DNA of 64,000 bases from Squalus acanthias (lineage: Eukaryota): NCBI GenBank assembly GCA_030390025.1, contig CM059438.1:67706001-67770000 (forward strand), read 5' to 3'. Each line of letters starts with the position of its first letter. Within the stretch, counting starts at the first letter, position 1. The notes under the pieces are model-generated. The model saw nothing but the letters and a program-made list of their open reading frames with translations. It did not search any database and was not told the DNA's origin. This document shows positions 34,289 through 48,430 of the stretch, in pieces. The position numbers and the translations under genes were made by a program.

Positions 34289-36187
34289 ATTAAGTCAACT
34301 AAGTTTCTTTCAGCTTCCCTCTTGGGCAACTTGTAACACACCCATGGAGTGTGCAGATCTCCTATTTTTACTTTTAGCACCTTGCCATATTGAATTCAAT
34401 TTGCCATTCATCAGTTCAGGGAAAATATTTGAGGGGTAGTAGTTTTTGAGACCGGCCAGGTGGATTGTAGGCTTTTCCAGTCCTATACTTTCCTACATCA
34501 CTATATAAATATAAATGTTTGAAATTCTTGATGAAACACAGACTTTATCACCTTTCGCTTTTTTAAAACCTGTTTTATCTGCAGTGCTTTTTTTCAATAT
34601 TCGGCGCTACATTTTGCAGTTTGCCATTCCGACGGACCAGTGTCCTGTTCTACTGAAAGGAATAAAACAATAACATTTGACCATGGACACACAGATTGTA
34701 ATTTCCAATTTAGTTATCGCTTAGTTCTTTATTACCCAGTACTGCCCTAATTCCACAGACTGAAATGAAGAATAGTTAAATACAATTGATTCTGTGCTGT
34801 GAATGTTCCTAGCTACTGTTGGTACTTTCCCATTTTGTGATTTGGAGCCAATGTTCAGGAATTGTGGTGCAGATATTGACTAGCACCTGCTTATTTAGAA
34901 CACTGTTCTAATATGAGCTTCTTAGCCTGAGTGTTTAGTTTCCCTGATGGCTGATCAGGATTGTAAGTGAAATTGATTCTGGCACTACACTTCCTTGCAA
35001 ACTCTTCCATATGCTAAACTTTGTTACATTTGGAACTAATTGATGCTCCCCTGGGGTGTTTGTTCAAGACCCAACAGAATATAAGAAGCCAATGTTCTGA
35101 GAAGGGAGCGCATTTTGGGAAATTACGAGACTTAGCCTGTGATTTTCTGTCACTTAATTCTGAATTAAATAGAAATTTCAGCACAGAAGCAGGCCGTTTG
35201 GCTCAACCAGTCTGTGCTGTTTATCCTCCTTCAGCTGTAGTCCTAATCCCAAGTTTATACTCTATTCTATATCTCTTCATTCCCCTTTCCTTGAACCACC
35301 CTTATTTTTTTATTCTAATGAAATAGTCCCAATTTTTCCAAGTCCGTTTCCGTATTTATATTTCCTCACATCAGCACCACCCTAGTGAGTCTGCGGTGTA
35401 CCCTCTAAATTGCCTCGACACCCTTCCTATAGTGTGAAGTCCAAAGCTGCACACGGGTGGACTGGGAATAAGGGATATTGGGAAATTTTCCAAGTGTCCC
35501 AGTTAATGGTTATGTCGCGCTGTATTATCGGCACCCCCCCCCTTTTCTCACGTGAATCACAAAGAATCTTGCGCCATTTTGGGGGAGCCAGTCCACCCTT
35601 TGCGCACAATACCCCAACTGTGGTCTTGCTAATATTTTATATTGATTCACCATTACATCTGGGCTTTTATATTCTATATCTCTCGCCATAAAATCCAGCA
35701 TTTTGTTTGGTTGTTTTTATGGCCTTATCGACTTGAGGTGCTGCTTTTCATTGCTTGTGAAGCTGAACCCCCAAATCTCTGTGTTTCCACATCACTCAGC
35801 TATCACCCATTCAAAGTATCATGACCTTTTCTTAAACCAAAATGGACCACCTCACATTTACTGACATTGAAGTCACTTTCTTGCTCTTTCCACTATCTTA
35901 TAAATATCCCTTTGAAGCTTATTTTGGTCCTCAGAATTACTTACTAGGCCTCCCATTATTGTATTCTCTACAAATTTGGACACCACTTCCAAAGCCTTAT
36001 ATTCAAATCATTGACCTACACGCTGAATAGAAGCGTTCCCAGAACAGAACACTGCTACCCACTTCCAAACACTGAGAAACTGCCCTATACTCTGTTTCCT
36101 TCCTTCTAATGAGTTCTCAATACAATTTGCTACCCTAATTCCATACCTTCTTAATCTTCTCCAGTAGCCTCCTTCATGGCGATATGA

Positions 36188-36422
36188 GTAGAAATTATTT
36201 TACGCAATGAGTGGTTAGGATTTGGAATGCACTGCCTGAGAGGGGGTGGAGTCAGATTCAGTGGTAGCTTTCAAGGGGAAATTGGATAGGTACTTGTTGG
36301 AGAGGGAATTGCAGGGATATGGGGAAAGAGCAGGGAAGTGGGACTAACTGTTGCTCTTCAGAGGGGCCGCCGCAGACTCGATGGGCTGAGTGGCCTCCTT
36401 CTGTGCTGTATTATTCTATGAT
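36188..36422 (+). mobile_element. CR1 3' fragment (older minus-strand CR1 remnants at ~35830-36180 and 36430-36560)
   Basis: TGGAATGCACTGCCTGAGAGG...GGCCTCCTTCTGTGCTGTATTATTCTATG. Confidence 0.8.
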
Positions 36423-38977
36423 ACCTTGTCTAAGGTTTTCTGAAAGCCCATGTACACCGCATCCACTGCATTTTCCCATCCGCCATATTTGTCATCGCCT
36501 GCAAGAACTGCATTAGGTTTGTCCAGCATGATCCCCCTTTCTGAAATCCATGTTGGCTACTGCTAATTATTTTCTTTTCGTCGAGAAGGATTAAGTGCCC
36601 ACAATTTCCTGCGATGAGCTTCCTGCGAGCACCAGATCACAGAATCACCCCGATATGATGAGGAATAAAGATGCCAGTGATATGTTTTTGGTCGTCTACA
36701 GTACTTAGACCTGGAGCAATGGCTACGGCAAATTGGAGGCAAGAATAATTTGACCATGACATTGTTATTCCCATTTGACCACACAAAAAAAAAGCGAGTT
36801 ATGTCCCATTATCTAATTACTTTGTAGGAGATTTTGTTGACCGCAACAATTCGGTCTCGGAGACATGTCTCAATTGTAGTTGCCTTGCAGGAATTTCGTG
36901 CTGCAGTTGGTCAACCTAGAATCTTTCTTCTAGGTTGTGTGGAAGAGAGTGGATATTGCCCATTGTACCTCCAGACTGACCTGTAGATGCAGCGTTGTGG
37001 GTGAATGATGTAAATATTTGCATGCCCCAAATTTTCCTTATTCAAGGTCCTCTCAGCAAAAATCTGAACACATGTCAGTTATATGAATTTCCAAAGCACT
37101 TCAGAGCCAATGATGTACTTTTGCAATATAGTCACTGTTCTGTAGGCACAGTAATACTTGCATGCTTTGTCACTTTTGTTGCTTAAAGTACACAATAAAA
37201 GTGTACAAATATCATCAATATGCACCTGAACTTTTAAGAATCTGAGGCACACCTGAGTTCTGTTTTCTATGTCCTACCGTGTGATTCCTGTCGAGGCGTG
37301 CAATCCGATTCCTTGCTTACAGTTTACAAAAATGTAATGACCCGTTGTAGAAGTTGTCTCTGAATCTTGGAGCTGTTGATGAGCGCAATCAAGTGGACAG
37401 CACCCCCATAAAGGCTGCAATATCTCATTCGCAAAAAGGCCAGGAGCTGAGCGAACGCAGGGCCTTGGAGGTGATGCTGCTGGGGTCTGTGCATGCTGCT
37501 AATGCTTTTCGTTCTGCTTGCATCCGCTCAACATGGGGATACATTCGCCAAACGCAATCAGAATGAGAAGCACTGGAGGCAAGCACAGTGCACAGCAACA
37601 TGAGCAGAATTTTACATGGCTAACGAGTTGATGAACTTGAGCATTATGTAGGGCATCTAACAGGTACATTATTTGTGTGCGTGCATGCTAACCAATCCCA
37701 TCTTGCAGAAATTACATTAAGTTTGTCACTGCCAAAAAAAATGAATAATTTACCATTGATTCCTTTTTGGTGCCAAAGAATAAAACCCTTACAGCTTGTA
37801 CCCTACTGCCTCTGATCGAGAATCATACCATAGTGCTGGCAGACCCAACTATGATGATGGCATATCTATGATGATAGGATTTTCCACTTTAATCCTGTAC
37901 TCAGTACAGTAAATTACAAGAAAAAAAACAGTCTTGCAGCTGCACTGAATTACTCCATTGCTTATTGCCTCATTCAGCATCATGTCCAGTGACTGACAAC
38001 AGTACTGAATCCAGGCCAAATCGCGTTATGCGCTGGTATAAAACAAGACTAACAAATCAAAGATCTTAATGTGATGCACGGCGCAGTCAATTGCACTGAT
38101 GTACATTATAAGTCAACCCCTCCGAATGTATGAGAGCACGAATTACTACAATAGCCTTTGGAGTAAGAAGGACTTAAGGTGCGAGATACTTAATGCTCCA
38201 GCATAATTTATTTTCATTACTCAAGTGCTTGTGCCATCAGAGTTTATAACTCCATTTTAGAGTATGTTTTGCTTTAAGAGTTTTTTGCAGTAGGAGACAG
38301 AGGAAGAAATTGCGGTGTTCAAAATGTTAACTGTGTTCTGCATGTATAATTTTGAATCCCTGTAATAGGTTTTTGAAAGCTCCTTTGTTGTATAACATTT
38401 TCTCTGGTTACACATTGTCATTCATAACAAATTATATGTGACTATATTTTCAAGGTACAAAGATCCAATTTTTTTTGTTGCCACCAACAGATACATAATG
38501 TCACTGTTATTCATTTGTGGGTGTCACATAAAGATTATAAATGCATTAAATGGGAAGGGAAACCCAAGGTATTTTTTTCTTCCTGATGGCTGCAGGAGTA
38601 TCACTAATGAGGAGGAAACACCTTCATTCAAACTCCGCTTTAGTCATTTCTTTGTTTTGGAGGGGGTGGATGATTTAGACTGGCCCTGAAGCCAAATTGG
38701 AGTCATTTGACCCCAGGGAGATGGCCTATTGGTTAGCATTTGTCACACTGATTTTCCAGCAACATGTTTTTCCTGAGTATAGGAAGCCCTGGATTGTCTC
38801 CCAGGTCAGTCCAAAGCTGTTACCTCTGTTCTAAATGAGTGGAACCACTCTGAGGTTGATTGGGATCATCCCCATTTGTGCCATATCGAGAGCAGCCAAG
38901 AAGCAAGGATTCCTAAAATATCTGCTCTCTGCTGAGAAGAAGAATTTTGACATGTTTCTTTAAAACATTAAATAACC

Positions 38978-39450
38978 CAGGAACAGGAGTAGGCCATTCT
39001 GCCTGTTCCACCGTTCTATTAGATCATAGCTGATCTGTACCCTGACTCTGTTTACCAGCCTTTTTTTCATATCACTTGATACCCTTGCCCAACAAAATCC
39101 TCAGTCTTGAAAATTTCAGAGCCCTTTGAAAGAGATCGTTCGAGATTTCCATTATGCTTTGTGTGGGAAAAAAATACTTCCTGACTCCACTCCTAAATGC
39201 CCTAGCTCTAATTTTAAGACTTGCTCCCTTGTTCAGGATTCCCCCACCTGAGGCAATAGTTTCTCTATATCTATCGAATAGCTTTATCATTTTAAACACC
39301 TCGATTAGATCAGCTCTAAACTGAGGTGGAATACAAACCTTTAAACCCGGTGTCATTCTGGTGAATCTGCACTGTACCCAGCACCCACTCCAAGACCAAT
39401 ATAGCTTTCCTGAGATGCGGTGCCCAAAACTGAACCCAGTACTCCAGATT
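38978..39450 (-). mobile_element. Decayed CR1 3' fragment
   Basis: GGAACAGGAGTAGGCCATT end and RADLIEVFKMIK. Confidence 0.75.
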
Positions 39451-39725
39451 AATTGAAGATAGATGCTTTTGGTCTAGGTTTTTTTTTACAACTACAATGA
39501 TCAGTGGTCATTCAAAGAAGCTCAACTGCATCATCCTAACTAACTCTTTCAAGGGAACAAATTATCCTCAGTGTGAAGTCTTGTATGCTGTGAAATTTAG
39601 CAAATTTGTGTGTTGGAAGTTTTATTTTTAAGAAATTTGTTGTCTGTCAGAAATTTTTGCCCTGTTGCATTTTATTCACATATTGAAAATTCCACTTAAA
39701 TCTAAAATGGCGGCTCCGAGATACT

Positions 39726-39872
39726 GGGTTAAATTTTCAACTCGCCGACCGTGTGTAAAACTGGTGCGTTCCGGATCGGCCGCCTGTTAGAGAAACCGCC
39801 CGATTTAATTTCCATTGATTGATCCGCAACGCCAGTTCTAAGCACGAGGGCGAGAAGTTGAATACCCAGCCC
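39726..39872. mobile_element. Short palindromic MITE
   Basis: TIRs GGGTTAAATTTTCAACT / AGTTGAATACCCAGCCC. Confidence 0.6.
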
Positions 39873-40784
39873 GCTTAATCTGCCTTGCATTCGTCTAGCC
39901 TTTTCATCTGAAGGTGTTTTTATGCTGTTTGATAATCACCCTAGCAGCGTCCTGTTCCAAACGTGCACGTCTCACACAATCTGCAACGAGCCAAATGTAA
40001 CACTACTGGAACGCGCTAAGGCCGACCGCGGGGTAAGAGCTGTTTCAGTGGCTTTTCTGAGCCATTGGTCTGGGTGAATCTGAGCAGTTTGCATTCAGCT
40101 TTCAAACAGCTGCAGGAGATGCACACTTTGAGAATCTGGAGACGCTAGTGAAATATGAAAAGCACCTTCAATGTGAATTGGATTGTACTTTAAAAAAAAA
40201 CATTATTATGCATTAAGATGGTGTGCCTTAATCGCAAATATTACATTCTTGTTTCTCCAGACACTGAAATGTTAAGCCAGGCAAGATTTCAGACAGTGCT
40301 GTGTCTCCCTTCTCATTCGTATCCCATAAGGGCCTCTTTGAGATTTTAACCTAATCACAAGAGAATTTTTAAGAAAATCTCTTCTTCACATGTCTAAATA
40401 GAGTTGTTGCTTCAATTGTGATTGGTTGATGCTCCTATCTTGAAAGAAACTTAAGGGTAGACACCAGTGTTTGGGTGTCTTGAAGTCTTTGCATTGCTGT
40501 AGGATGCTCAGACTGAAGAATTCACGTATTTCATGTGAAACATTGTCCCTGAGGCAAGAAACTGTATTATCCCAAGAGACTGGCAGAATGAACTGACAAA
40601 GGCACTAGTTATTTAAATAGACATTCTGGTTAGAGGTATTATAAATTACTACTTGTGTTGTGGAGCATTTGCATAATATCTTTGAGTTCTATGTATGAAG
40701 TGTAAATTAGATCAGTTGTTTGAAACTGTACAAATCAGTGATACTTTCTGCTATTTAAAAGACTGAAAATAGAAAGTTTCTCGA

Positions 40785-42430
40785 TGGTTCCCCCCTGCCC
40801 TAGCCCTGAACTCGCATCTTTCGCTAGTTTCTCTCCCATGTCCCCTCATGCCCTCTCTGAGCAGATATTGTCCATGAGGCCCACTTCCTGCTCCCTTGAC
40901 CCTATTCCCAGTAAAATGCTGACCACCCAACTTCCCCTCCTGTATCTCATGTTAGCTGACATTGTTAATGGTTCCCTCTCCTCAGGTATTGTCCCCCTCT
41001 CCTTCAAATCTGCCATCATCATCCCTCTCCTCAAAAAAGCAACCCTTAACCCCTCCATCCTTGCAAACTACCGCCCCATCTCCAACCTCCCTTTCCTCTC
41101 CAAAGTCCTTTAACGTGCTTTCACTTCCCAAATCCGTGCCCACCTTTCCTGGAACCCCATGTTTGAATCCCTCCAATCAGGTTTCTGCCCTGCCACAAAT
41201 ACCGAAACGGCTCTTACCAAAGTCACAAATTACATCCTATGTGACTGTGACAAAGATGAAACTTCCTCCTCGTCCTTCTCTACCTGTCTGAAGCCTTTGA
41301 CACGGTTGACCACATCATCCTCCTCCAATGCCTCTCCACCGTCGTCCAGCTGAGTGGGACTGCACTCGCCTAGTTCCATTCTTAACTATCTAATCATAGC
41401 CAGAGAATCACTTGCAATGGCTTCTCTTCCTGCTCCCACATCGTTACCTCTGGTGTTCTCAAGGATCTATCCTTGGCCCCCTCCTATTTCACATCTATAT
41501 TCTGCCCCTCGGCAACATCATCTGAAAACACAGCGTCAGTTTCCACAGGTACCCTGACGACAACCAGCTCTACCTCACCACCACCACTCCCGACCCCTCC
41601 ACTGTCTCTAAATTATCAGACCGCTTGTCCGACATCCAGTACTGGATGAACAGAAATTTCCTCCAACTAAATATTGGGAAGACTGAAGCCATTGTTTTCA
41701 GTCCCTGCTACAAATTCCGTTCCCTAGCCACTGACTTCATCCCTCTCCCTGGCAACTGTCTGAGGCAGAACCAGACTGTTCGCAACCTTGGCGCCATCAC
41801 TAAGACCGCCTATTTCCACCTCCGGAACGTCGTCCAACTCCGCCCCTGCCTCAGCTCATCTGCTGCTGAAACCCTCATCCATGCCTTTGTTACTTCTAGA
41901 TTGACTATTCCAACGCACTCCTGGCTGGCCTCCCACATTCTACCCTCTGTAAACTGGAGGTCATCCAAAACTCTGCTCATATCCTAACTCGCACCAAGTC
42001 CCGTTCACCCATCACCCCTGTGCTCGCTGACCTACATTGGCTCCCGGTTAAGCAGCGCCTCAATTTCAAAATTCTCATCCTTGTTTTCAAATCCCTCCAT
42101 GGCCTCGCCCCTTCCTATCTCTGTAATCTCCTTCAGCCCCACAACCCCACCGAGATATCTGTGCTCCTCAAATTCTGGCCTCTTGAGCATCCCCAATTTT
42201 AATCGCTCCACCATTGGTGGTCGTGCCTTCAGCTACCTAGGCCCTAAGCTCTGGAATTCCCTCCCTAAACCTCTCTGCCTCTCTACCTCCCTCTCCTCCT
42301 TTTAAGACACTCCTTAAAACCTAATATCTCTTTATGTGACTCGGTGTCAAATTTTGTTTTATAACTCTCCTCTGAAGCGCCTTGGGACATTTTACTACGT
42401 TAAAGTTGCTATATAAATACAAGTTGTTAC
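40785..42430 (+). mobile_element. L2 LINE, 5'-truncated RT pseudogene with 3' UTR
   Basis: PTSCSLDPIP, NYRPISNLPFLSKVL, QSGF...TETAL, a decayed YxDD (YPDDNQLY), LQLNIGKTE and LHWLPVKQR; tail CTATATAAATACAAGTTG. Confidence 0.9.
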
Positions 42431-42774
42431 TGCTGCTGCAGGAGGAGGAGCAGGAATCCGACTTCAATTCATTAAGCACGTTACCACAATCAGGTTGATT
42501 GTAAACACAGGCAACATCTCCCTGTGATGAAGGTTTCAAATCTAAAGGGAGGTCACTTGCTTACAGAAACTAGCATTTTGGTTGAATGGAAAATGCTGTT
42601 TTGAAAGCTGGACTGTATCAGTCTGCCAATTTAGCTTTAAATTGTGGTCTGTTTTTATGTGGAGAACACATGCGGACTCAAACTTCAAATCGAGACTGCC
42701 GCAGCTCAATTCATGCAGGAACCCAACAGCTGTTGAGAGAGATTGCATTTTTAACCTAGTGTTCTGGTCTGGAT

Positions 42775-42888
42775 TAACACCTACATTACAATAGTGACAA
42801 CACTTCAAAAGTACTTCACTGGCTGTAAAGCGCTTTGGGACATCCTGAGGTCATGAAAGGTGCTATATAAATGCAAGTATTTCTTTCT
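42775..42888 (+). mobile_element. Deu-SINE 3' tail fragment
   Basis: CTTCAAAAGTACTTCACTGGCTGTAAAGCGCTTTGGGACATCCTGAGG...TATATAAATGCAAG. Confidence 0.8.
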
Positions 42889-44072
42889 ATTTACCAAAAG
42901 GGAAAGGACAAGGTTTTAACCCACTGTCCTACACAGCATATCTAAGAAAATTCTAAACTCTCAGCATCAGACCCCTATCCACCTACCTCCTAACTTAAAC
43001 GCTGAAACAATTTTAAAGACAGTTTGTACATAGTTCTCCGTTTAATGTATTAAAAAGACAAACTGTTTAGTACATTCCACAATGTTTTTTATTTGACAAA
43101 TGTCCTGTTTGATTCTAACAGTTTTATTGTATAAAAAATGGCAAAGCTCATAAAGTGTTATTGTTCTGGTTTTAAAGAGGACTCATTCTGGATTCTATTT
43201 ATCATCATTAAAAAGTTACAAAGAAACTTTCTTCGCAAATGTTAGGTGAAAAAGGTGAACTATTTTAAAACGGCGAAGGTCTTTCATTACTCCAAGGGCT
43301 CAATTAATTAGTTTGGGAGTTAGAAGACGAATCTGAATAAGATCAAGATCTGTTTTGTTGAGTTGAATTCATTGCCCCCCCCACCTCCCATTCTTCTGAA
43401 CCAAAGACAATCCAGCAAGCTAGAAATACATAGAAGTTACAAGATGGAAACAGGCCATTCAGTCCATCCGGCCTGTGTCGATTTTTTCTTTGTTCCCTCC
43501 GCCCTATATGAATTAAAATTTTGAGCTCACTTCTCATGGTTTCATTGTATCTCTTTGAATGTGCTTTGTTGGTCTGACAGGGGCTACTTGTATCTGTCGC
43601 GCCATCTGAGCTTCCGCTCAGTCTTTTATTGCAAAGTTCAACATTAATGGGAGGTCAGTAATGAGCAACCTGACCTTTTATTATGCTGCGCATCTCGTAC
43701 AGTTGTATTGGAGGTACAATTTCATAGGTTTTGTAAAGGCTGATGCTATGAGTAACAGGAACAGCTGAAGTGGCAATATCAGTGCAGCTGTTATCTACAG
43801 AAGTTGCAGATGCTGAACACAGAAATCATTACCGAGTTGGAATGGGGTTTTGTGGAGTAAACTTTGACCACTCAATGGGAATGTCCTGCCAAATCTGATT
43901 AAGATTGAAAGGAAAAAAAACTACAGTGTTCCCTCAGCTGACTTTGTCAAAGTAATGAGCAATGAGCTCAAACACTCACATTGTACTGCTGAGGGAGATG
44001 GGCAAAGTCCTTGATACACATCAGTTGATGGATACTAACCTCCAGGAAATGCTTTCACATTTCAGACATTAT

Positions 44073-44678
44073 GACCCTGATATTTATGGGGCGGCAGGGA
44101 GGCAGCTTAGTGGTCGGGAAGCCTGGAAATATGGGTTTCCCTCGGGCCCAGCCGAATTTAACGGCACCAGCCCACCGCTGGGGAGCGCAGAGGAGGGAGA
44201 GGTTGGTGAGGGTGTCGGTGGGGGGTCCCAAAGAGATTGTGGGCAGGAGGGTGTGATGCTGTGGAGGTGATCGCAGGCAGTGGAGGACAATGGGGAGGGT
44301 ATCGGATTGTCGGGAGGGGTATCCCATCGCTGGGAGGGTTAACGAGGTGGGCCGGAGGAAGCATTCCCGCTCCGCCTGGTCCACAAGTAGTGCTGGAATG
44401 ACACTCTTTTTACCTGTTTCGTCCATCAGTCCTCGACTCCTTTCAGCTGCCGGGTTTCCCAAGGCCCTGGAACCCCGGCCAGCCAGTGTTAAAGCTGGAA
44501 CGCCGATAAAATCTTAGGCACGCAGCCTCATTAAAATATTTCAATTAGGGACCCGCCTCCTGAGAGGGGATTGTCCATCCTACCACCAGGCGGCTTGGGT
44601 TCGGGTTTGAAACATTTTTACATTTTAACTTTCCACCTGACCCAAACCCACCCGTTTTTTGGGGGTTAAAATTCCCCC
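44073..44678 (+). mobile_element. Harbinger-type MITE with weak TIRs
   Basis: Ends GACCCTGATATTTA / TAAAATTCCCCC; GC-rich insert in AT-rich flanks; related partial copy at 20285-20604. Confidence 0.55.
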
Positions 44679-45011
44679 ATAGACAGCACATTGAAAAGAA
44701 ATATCATCTCTCCGTGATATCACTGCATCAGTCAAAAAATCTTGCATCCATTTAATTGGTATTCAAGGGTTTATATTTAACAGCAATCATTTTGATATGA
44801 CTTACAGGGCTGGGCAGAATGCATGATGAGGGGAGTCAAAGGGTATAATCTATTCCCTATTAATGGTACCAACCTTAATGGACAGTCAATGAAGATGCAT
44901 ATGGGGTGACTGGTCAGCTCCCTGGTGTTATGTGAAAGGCTTCTCTTATTTGTGTACTGGTGATAGTCTTGGTCTTCATTTAAATGTTAAAATTTAATAT
45001 ATATTTTTTAA

Positions 45012-45160
45012 ATTTGTTTATGGGATCAGGGCATCGCTGGCAATGCCAGCATTTATTGCCCATCCCTAGTTGCCCTTGAGAAGGTGGTGGTGTGCCGCCT
45101 TCTTGAACGCTGCAGTCCGTGTGGTGATGGTACTCCCACAGTGCTGTTAGGTCGGGAGTT
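45012..45160 (-). mobile_element. 3' end of the second CR1/L2-group LINE family
   Basis: Reverse complement of the 48130-48270 tail (GGGATGGGCAATAAATGCTGGC). Confidence 0.8.
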
Positions 45161-45169
45161 CTTATTATT

Positions 45170-45512
45170 TTGTTTCGTAGCGGTTAGTTACAACTGAGTG
45201 ACTTGCTAGGCCATTTCAGAGGGCAGTTAAGAGTCAACCAGATTGCAGTGGGTCTGGAGTCACATATAGGCCAGACTGGGTAAGGACGGCAGATTTCCTT
45301 CCTTAAAGGACATTAATGAACCAGATGGGTTTTTACGACAATCCGATAATTTCATGGTTACCATTACTGATGCTAGCTTTTATATTCCAGATTTATTTAA
45401 TTAACTGAATTTAAATTCCCCAGCTGCCGTGGTGGGATTTGAACTCACGTCTCTGGATCATTAGTCCAGGCCTCTGGATTACTAGCCCAGTGACATTACC
45501 ACTACGCTACCG
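45170..45512 (-). mobile_element. tRNA-derived SINE (second family)
   Basis: Minus-strand head GGTAGCGTAGTGG (A-box)...GAGTTCAAATCCC (B-box). Confidence 0.75.
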
Positions 45513-47066
45513 TTCCAGTATTGTAATGTTACATGCAGCAAATAACAAATTTGTAAGACAAATAATTTCAAACTGGAGGAGGTATTTTACTATTTTTTCT
45601 TCTATGTATGGTTGATTAGCGACCCCATGAAGAGAAGAAAGCTACACCCTCCATAAATATGCTTCCTTTCTTGATCATGAAGATTCAAATTGATTAGAAA
45701 AGATGGTACGAACAAAAGTGGTACTAACCAAAAGAAACAGGTGCCCCATTTCTTTCTGATGTGAGTTTGAAACAGCAAATAACAAAGAAAGTGATAATAC
45801 ATTTACGACAGAACTATTACAGAGCTGAAAAGAACAGTCCACATTATCAACATCGCGGATGGGCTGCAACAAAGAACATCCTTCAGAGAAGCCAGACTTG
45901 ACACATGTGAGCAGCAACATGACATCCATCCATTTTGAACTTTTCTTCCCCAGTGACACATTGGAAAAAAATACACTAGCACACAAATGAAGGAGCTAAA
46001 TATCATTCTGAATCTAATTGTTCGTCTCTTGACTATTTTCACCAATCTAGTTTTTCAAAGGGAAGAGCACATCAAAGCATGAAGATGTCGGATCAAAAAA
46101 GCCATTCAATATTACAAATGAAATCACAAAGACCCTTTCATTTATTGAACAGCAAGGCAATATTCCTCCACTTCCGAATGAGTCAACATTTACTATGTCA
46201 GGTGACAGCCCATTTCACGAGTCACCAATTTGTTAGGCTGAAATTGTTATAATTTCCTCAGCTTTTGTCCGACCTTGTGTTTTACCTTTTCTGCTTCCTT
46301 GCAAAATACACCGAATTCCCTCATGGTTCTTTTGAAATAAGTAATATTTCCCTCTAATTTGTTTTTTCTTTTAATAAGTATTGACATCTCTCGGCTTTTC
46401 CAGTGTTTGAAATCAAAGATATATATATTTCACACTGCTTAGTAGGGCACAATGGAGAGAGCTTGTTCCTTGGCTTGGAGGTGCTGGGTTTGACTCCTTG
46501 GGCTCCATGTCACTTGGATTCTCCCACCTCAGCTAAGTGAGTATTATTGGTTTTGATCCATTTTTTTGAATGGATAGCAATGTAGAATGAGGCAATCCTA
46601 AGAGAAGGATAAACGTCGATTGAATTACCATTCATCCTTAGCTATCTTAAGCATAGGATTGTGACGGGATTCCATAGTTACTGAGAATCTGTGGTCCACG
46701 TCTTGAAAATGCAGAACTGGTCAGCAGGATGCATCATGGCAAGCAGGCCACAGCTGGAGAAAATAAAACTTTTTTAAAAGATTGTGTCTCAATTCCACAA
46801 TGAAAGTTAGATTTTTATTATAAACTATGGTCATGGCTTCCTACACACCACCCTTGTTACCATTAGCTTTCATACAATAGAATCCTCCCTCTCTTCTCCT
46901 CCCCCCGCCACCCCCAACCCCCAATGGCTCAGCAAGTTGATGCTGGGCCCAGACTTCAAAAATACAATACACAATTCACTACATATGTCCCTCAATCAAT
47001 TTTCTTGCCAAATGTCTGTTCCAGTTCTCTCTTAACATTAGATTATCAGCCTTGATTGCTTTCTTG

Positions 47067-47534
47067 TGTCAGCTGTGGCTCTAGGGTAGCACACTCACCT
47101 CTGAGTCAGAAGGTTCTGGGTTCACAGTCCCACTCCAGGGACTTGAGCACATAAAGCTAGGCTGACACTCCAGTGCAGTGCTGAGGGAGTGCTGCACTGT
47201 CGGAGGTGCCGTCTTTCAGATGAGACGTTAAACCGAAGTCCCATCTGCTCTCTCGGGTGGACGTAGAAAATCACATGGCACTATTTTGACTTAGAGAAGG
47301 GGAGTTATCCCCAGTGTCCTGGCCAATATTTATCCCTCAATCAACATCACTAAAACAAATTATCTGGTCATTATCACATTACTGTTTGTGGGAGCTTGCT
47401 GTGCGCAAATTTGCTGCTGCGTTTCTCACATTACAACAGTGACTACATTCCAAAAAAGCACTTAATTGGCTGCAAAGTGATTTGAGACGTCTGGTGGTCG
47501 TGAAAGGCGCTATATAAATGTAAGTCTTTCTTTC
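47067..47534 (+). mobile_element. Full-length Deu-domain SINE (SacSINE1-like)
   Basis: tRNA head, Deu core and L2-like tail; probable TSD CTTTCTTG at 47059-47066 and 47535-47542. Confidence 0.9.
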
Positions 47535-47659
47535 CTTTCTTGGGGAGTTCCAGAATATCCCATGATACAAACACAAGTAAAGTAACAAGGATCTAAGTAA
47601 CTTGTGCAACCTTCTCAATACCATCATGGTGATGACGGGGATTTGTCGTTTAGGAGGAG

Positions 47660-48272
47660 ATCAGACACTTAACTGGACCAGCCACATAAATACTGTGGCT
47701 ACAAGAGCAGGTCAGAGGCTGGGTATTCTGCAGCAAGTGTCTCACCTCCTGACTCTCCAAAGCCTTTCCACCATCTACAAGGCACAAGTCAGGAGTGTGA
47801 TGGAATACTCTCCACTTGCCTGGATGAGTGTAGCTCCAACAACACTGAAGAAGCTCAACACCATCCAGGACAAAGCAGCCCGCTTGATTGGCACCCCATC
47901 CACCACCTTAAACATTCACTCCCTCCACCACTGGCGCACCGTGGCTGCAGTGTGTACCATCTACAAGATGCACTGCAGCAACTCGCCAAACCCGCGACCT
48001 CTTCCGCCTAGAAGGACAAGGGCAGCAGGTGCATGGGAACACCACCACCTCCAAGTTGCAATCCATCCTGACTTGGAAATATATCGTCATTCCTTCATCG
48101 TCGCTGGGTCAAAATCCTGGAACTCTCTCCCTAACAGCACTGTGGGATTACCTTCACCACAAGGACTGCAGCAGTTTAAGAAGGTGACTCACCACCACCT
48201 ACTCAAGAGCAATTAGGGATGGGCAATAAATGCTGGCCTTGCCAGCGATGCCCACATTCCAGCAATGAATAA
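47660..48272 (+). mobile_element. CR1/L2-group LINE ORF2 C-terminus and 3' UTR
   Basis: LNWTSHINTVATRAGQRLGIL...IYKAQVRSVMEYSPLAW...IQDKAARLI...WNSLP. Confidence 0.85.
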
Positions 48273-48293
48273 TAGTTGAAATCAAGGTGAAAT

Positions 48294-48430
48294 GAGTTCT
48301 GACCAAGGGTCATCGACCTGAAACGTTAACTCTGTTTCTCTCTCTACAGATGCTGCCTGACCTGCTGAGTGTTACCAGCATTTTCTGTTTTTATTTCAGA
48401 TTTCCAGCATCTGCAGTATTTTGCTTTTGT
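48294..48430 (+). mobile_element. Penelope-like terminal fragment with hammerhead motif (G8 mutated)
   Basis: GAGTT-CTGACCA-A-GGGTC atc GACCT-GAA-ACGT-T-AACTC plus the shared tail. Confidence 0.7.

Noticed and set aside
37492..37604. Short ORF with signal-peptide-like start (MLLMLFVLLASAQ)
   Set aside because: Only ~36 codons, with no gene context or recognisable family.
45540..46330. FELFFPSD segment reminiscent of the piggyBac transposase N-terminus
   Set aside because: Single short match; no downstream DDD motifs or TTAA-flanked TIRs.
47067..47150. tRNA genes at SINE heads
   Set aside because: No intact cloverleaf; continuous with SINE bodies.
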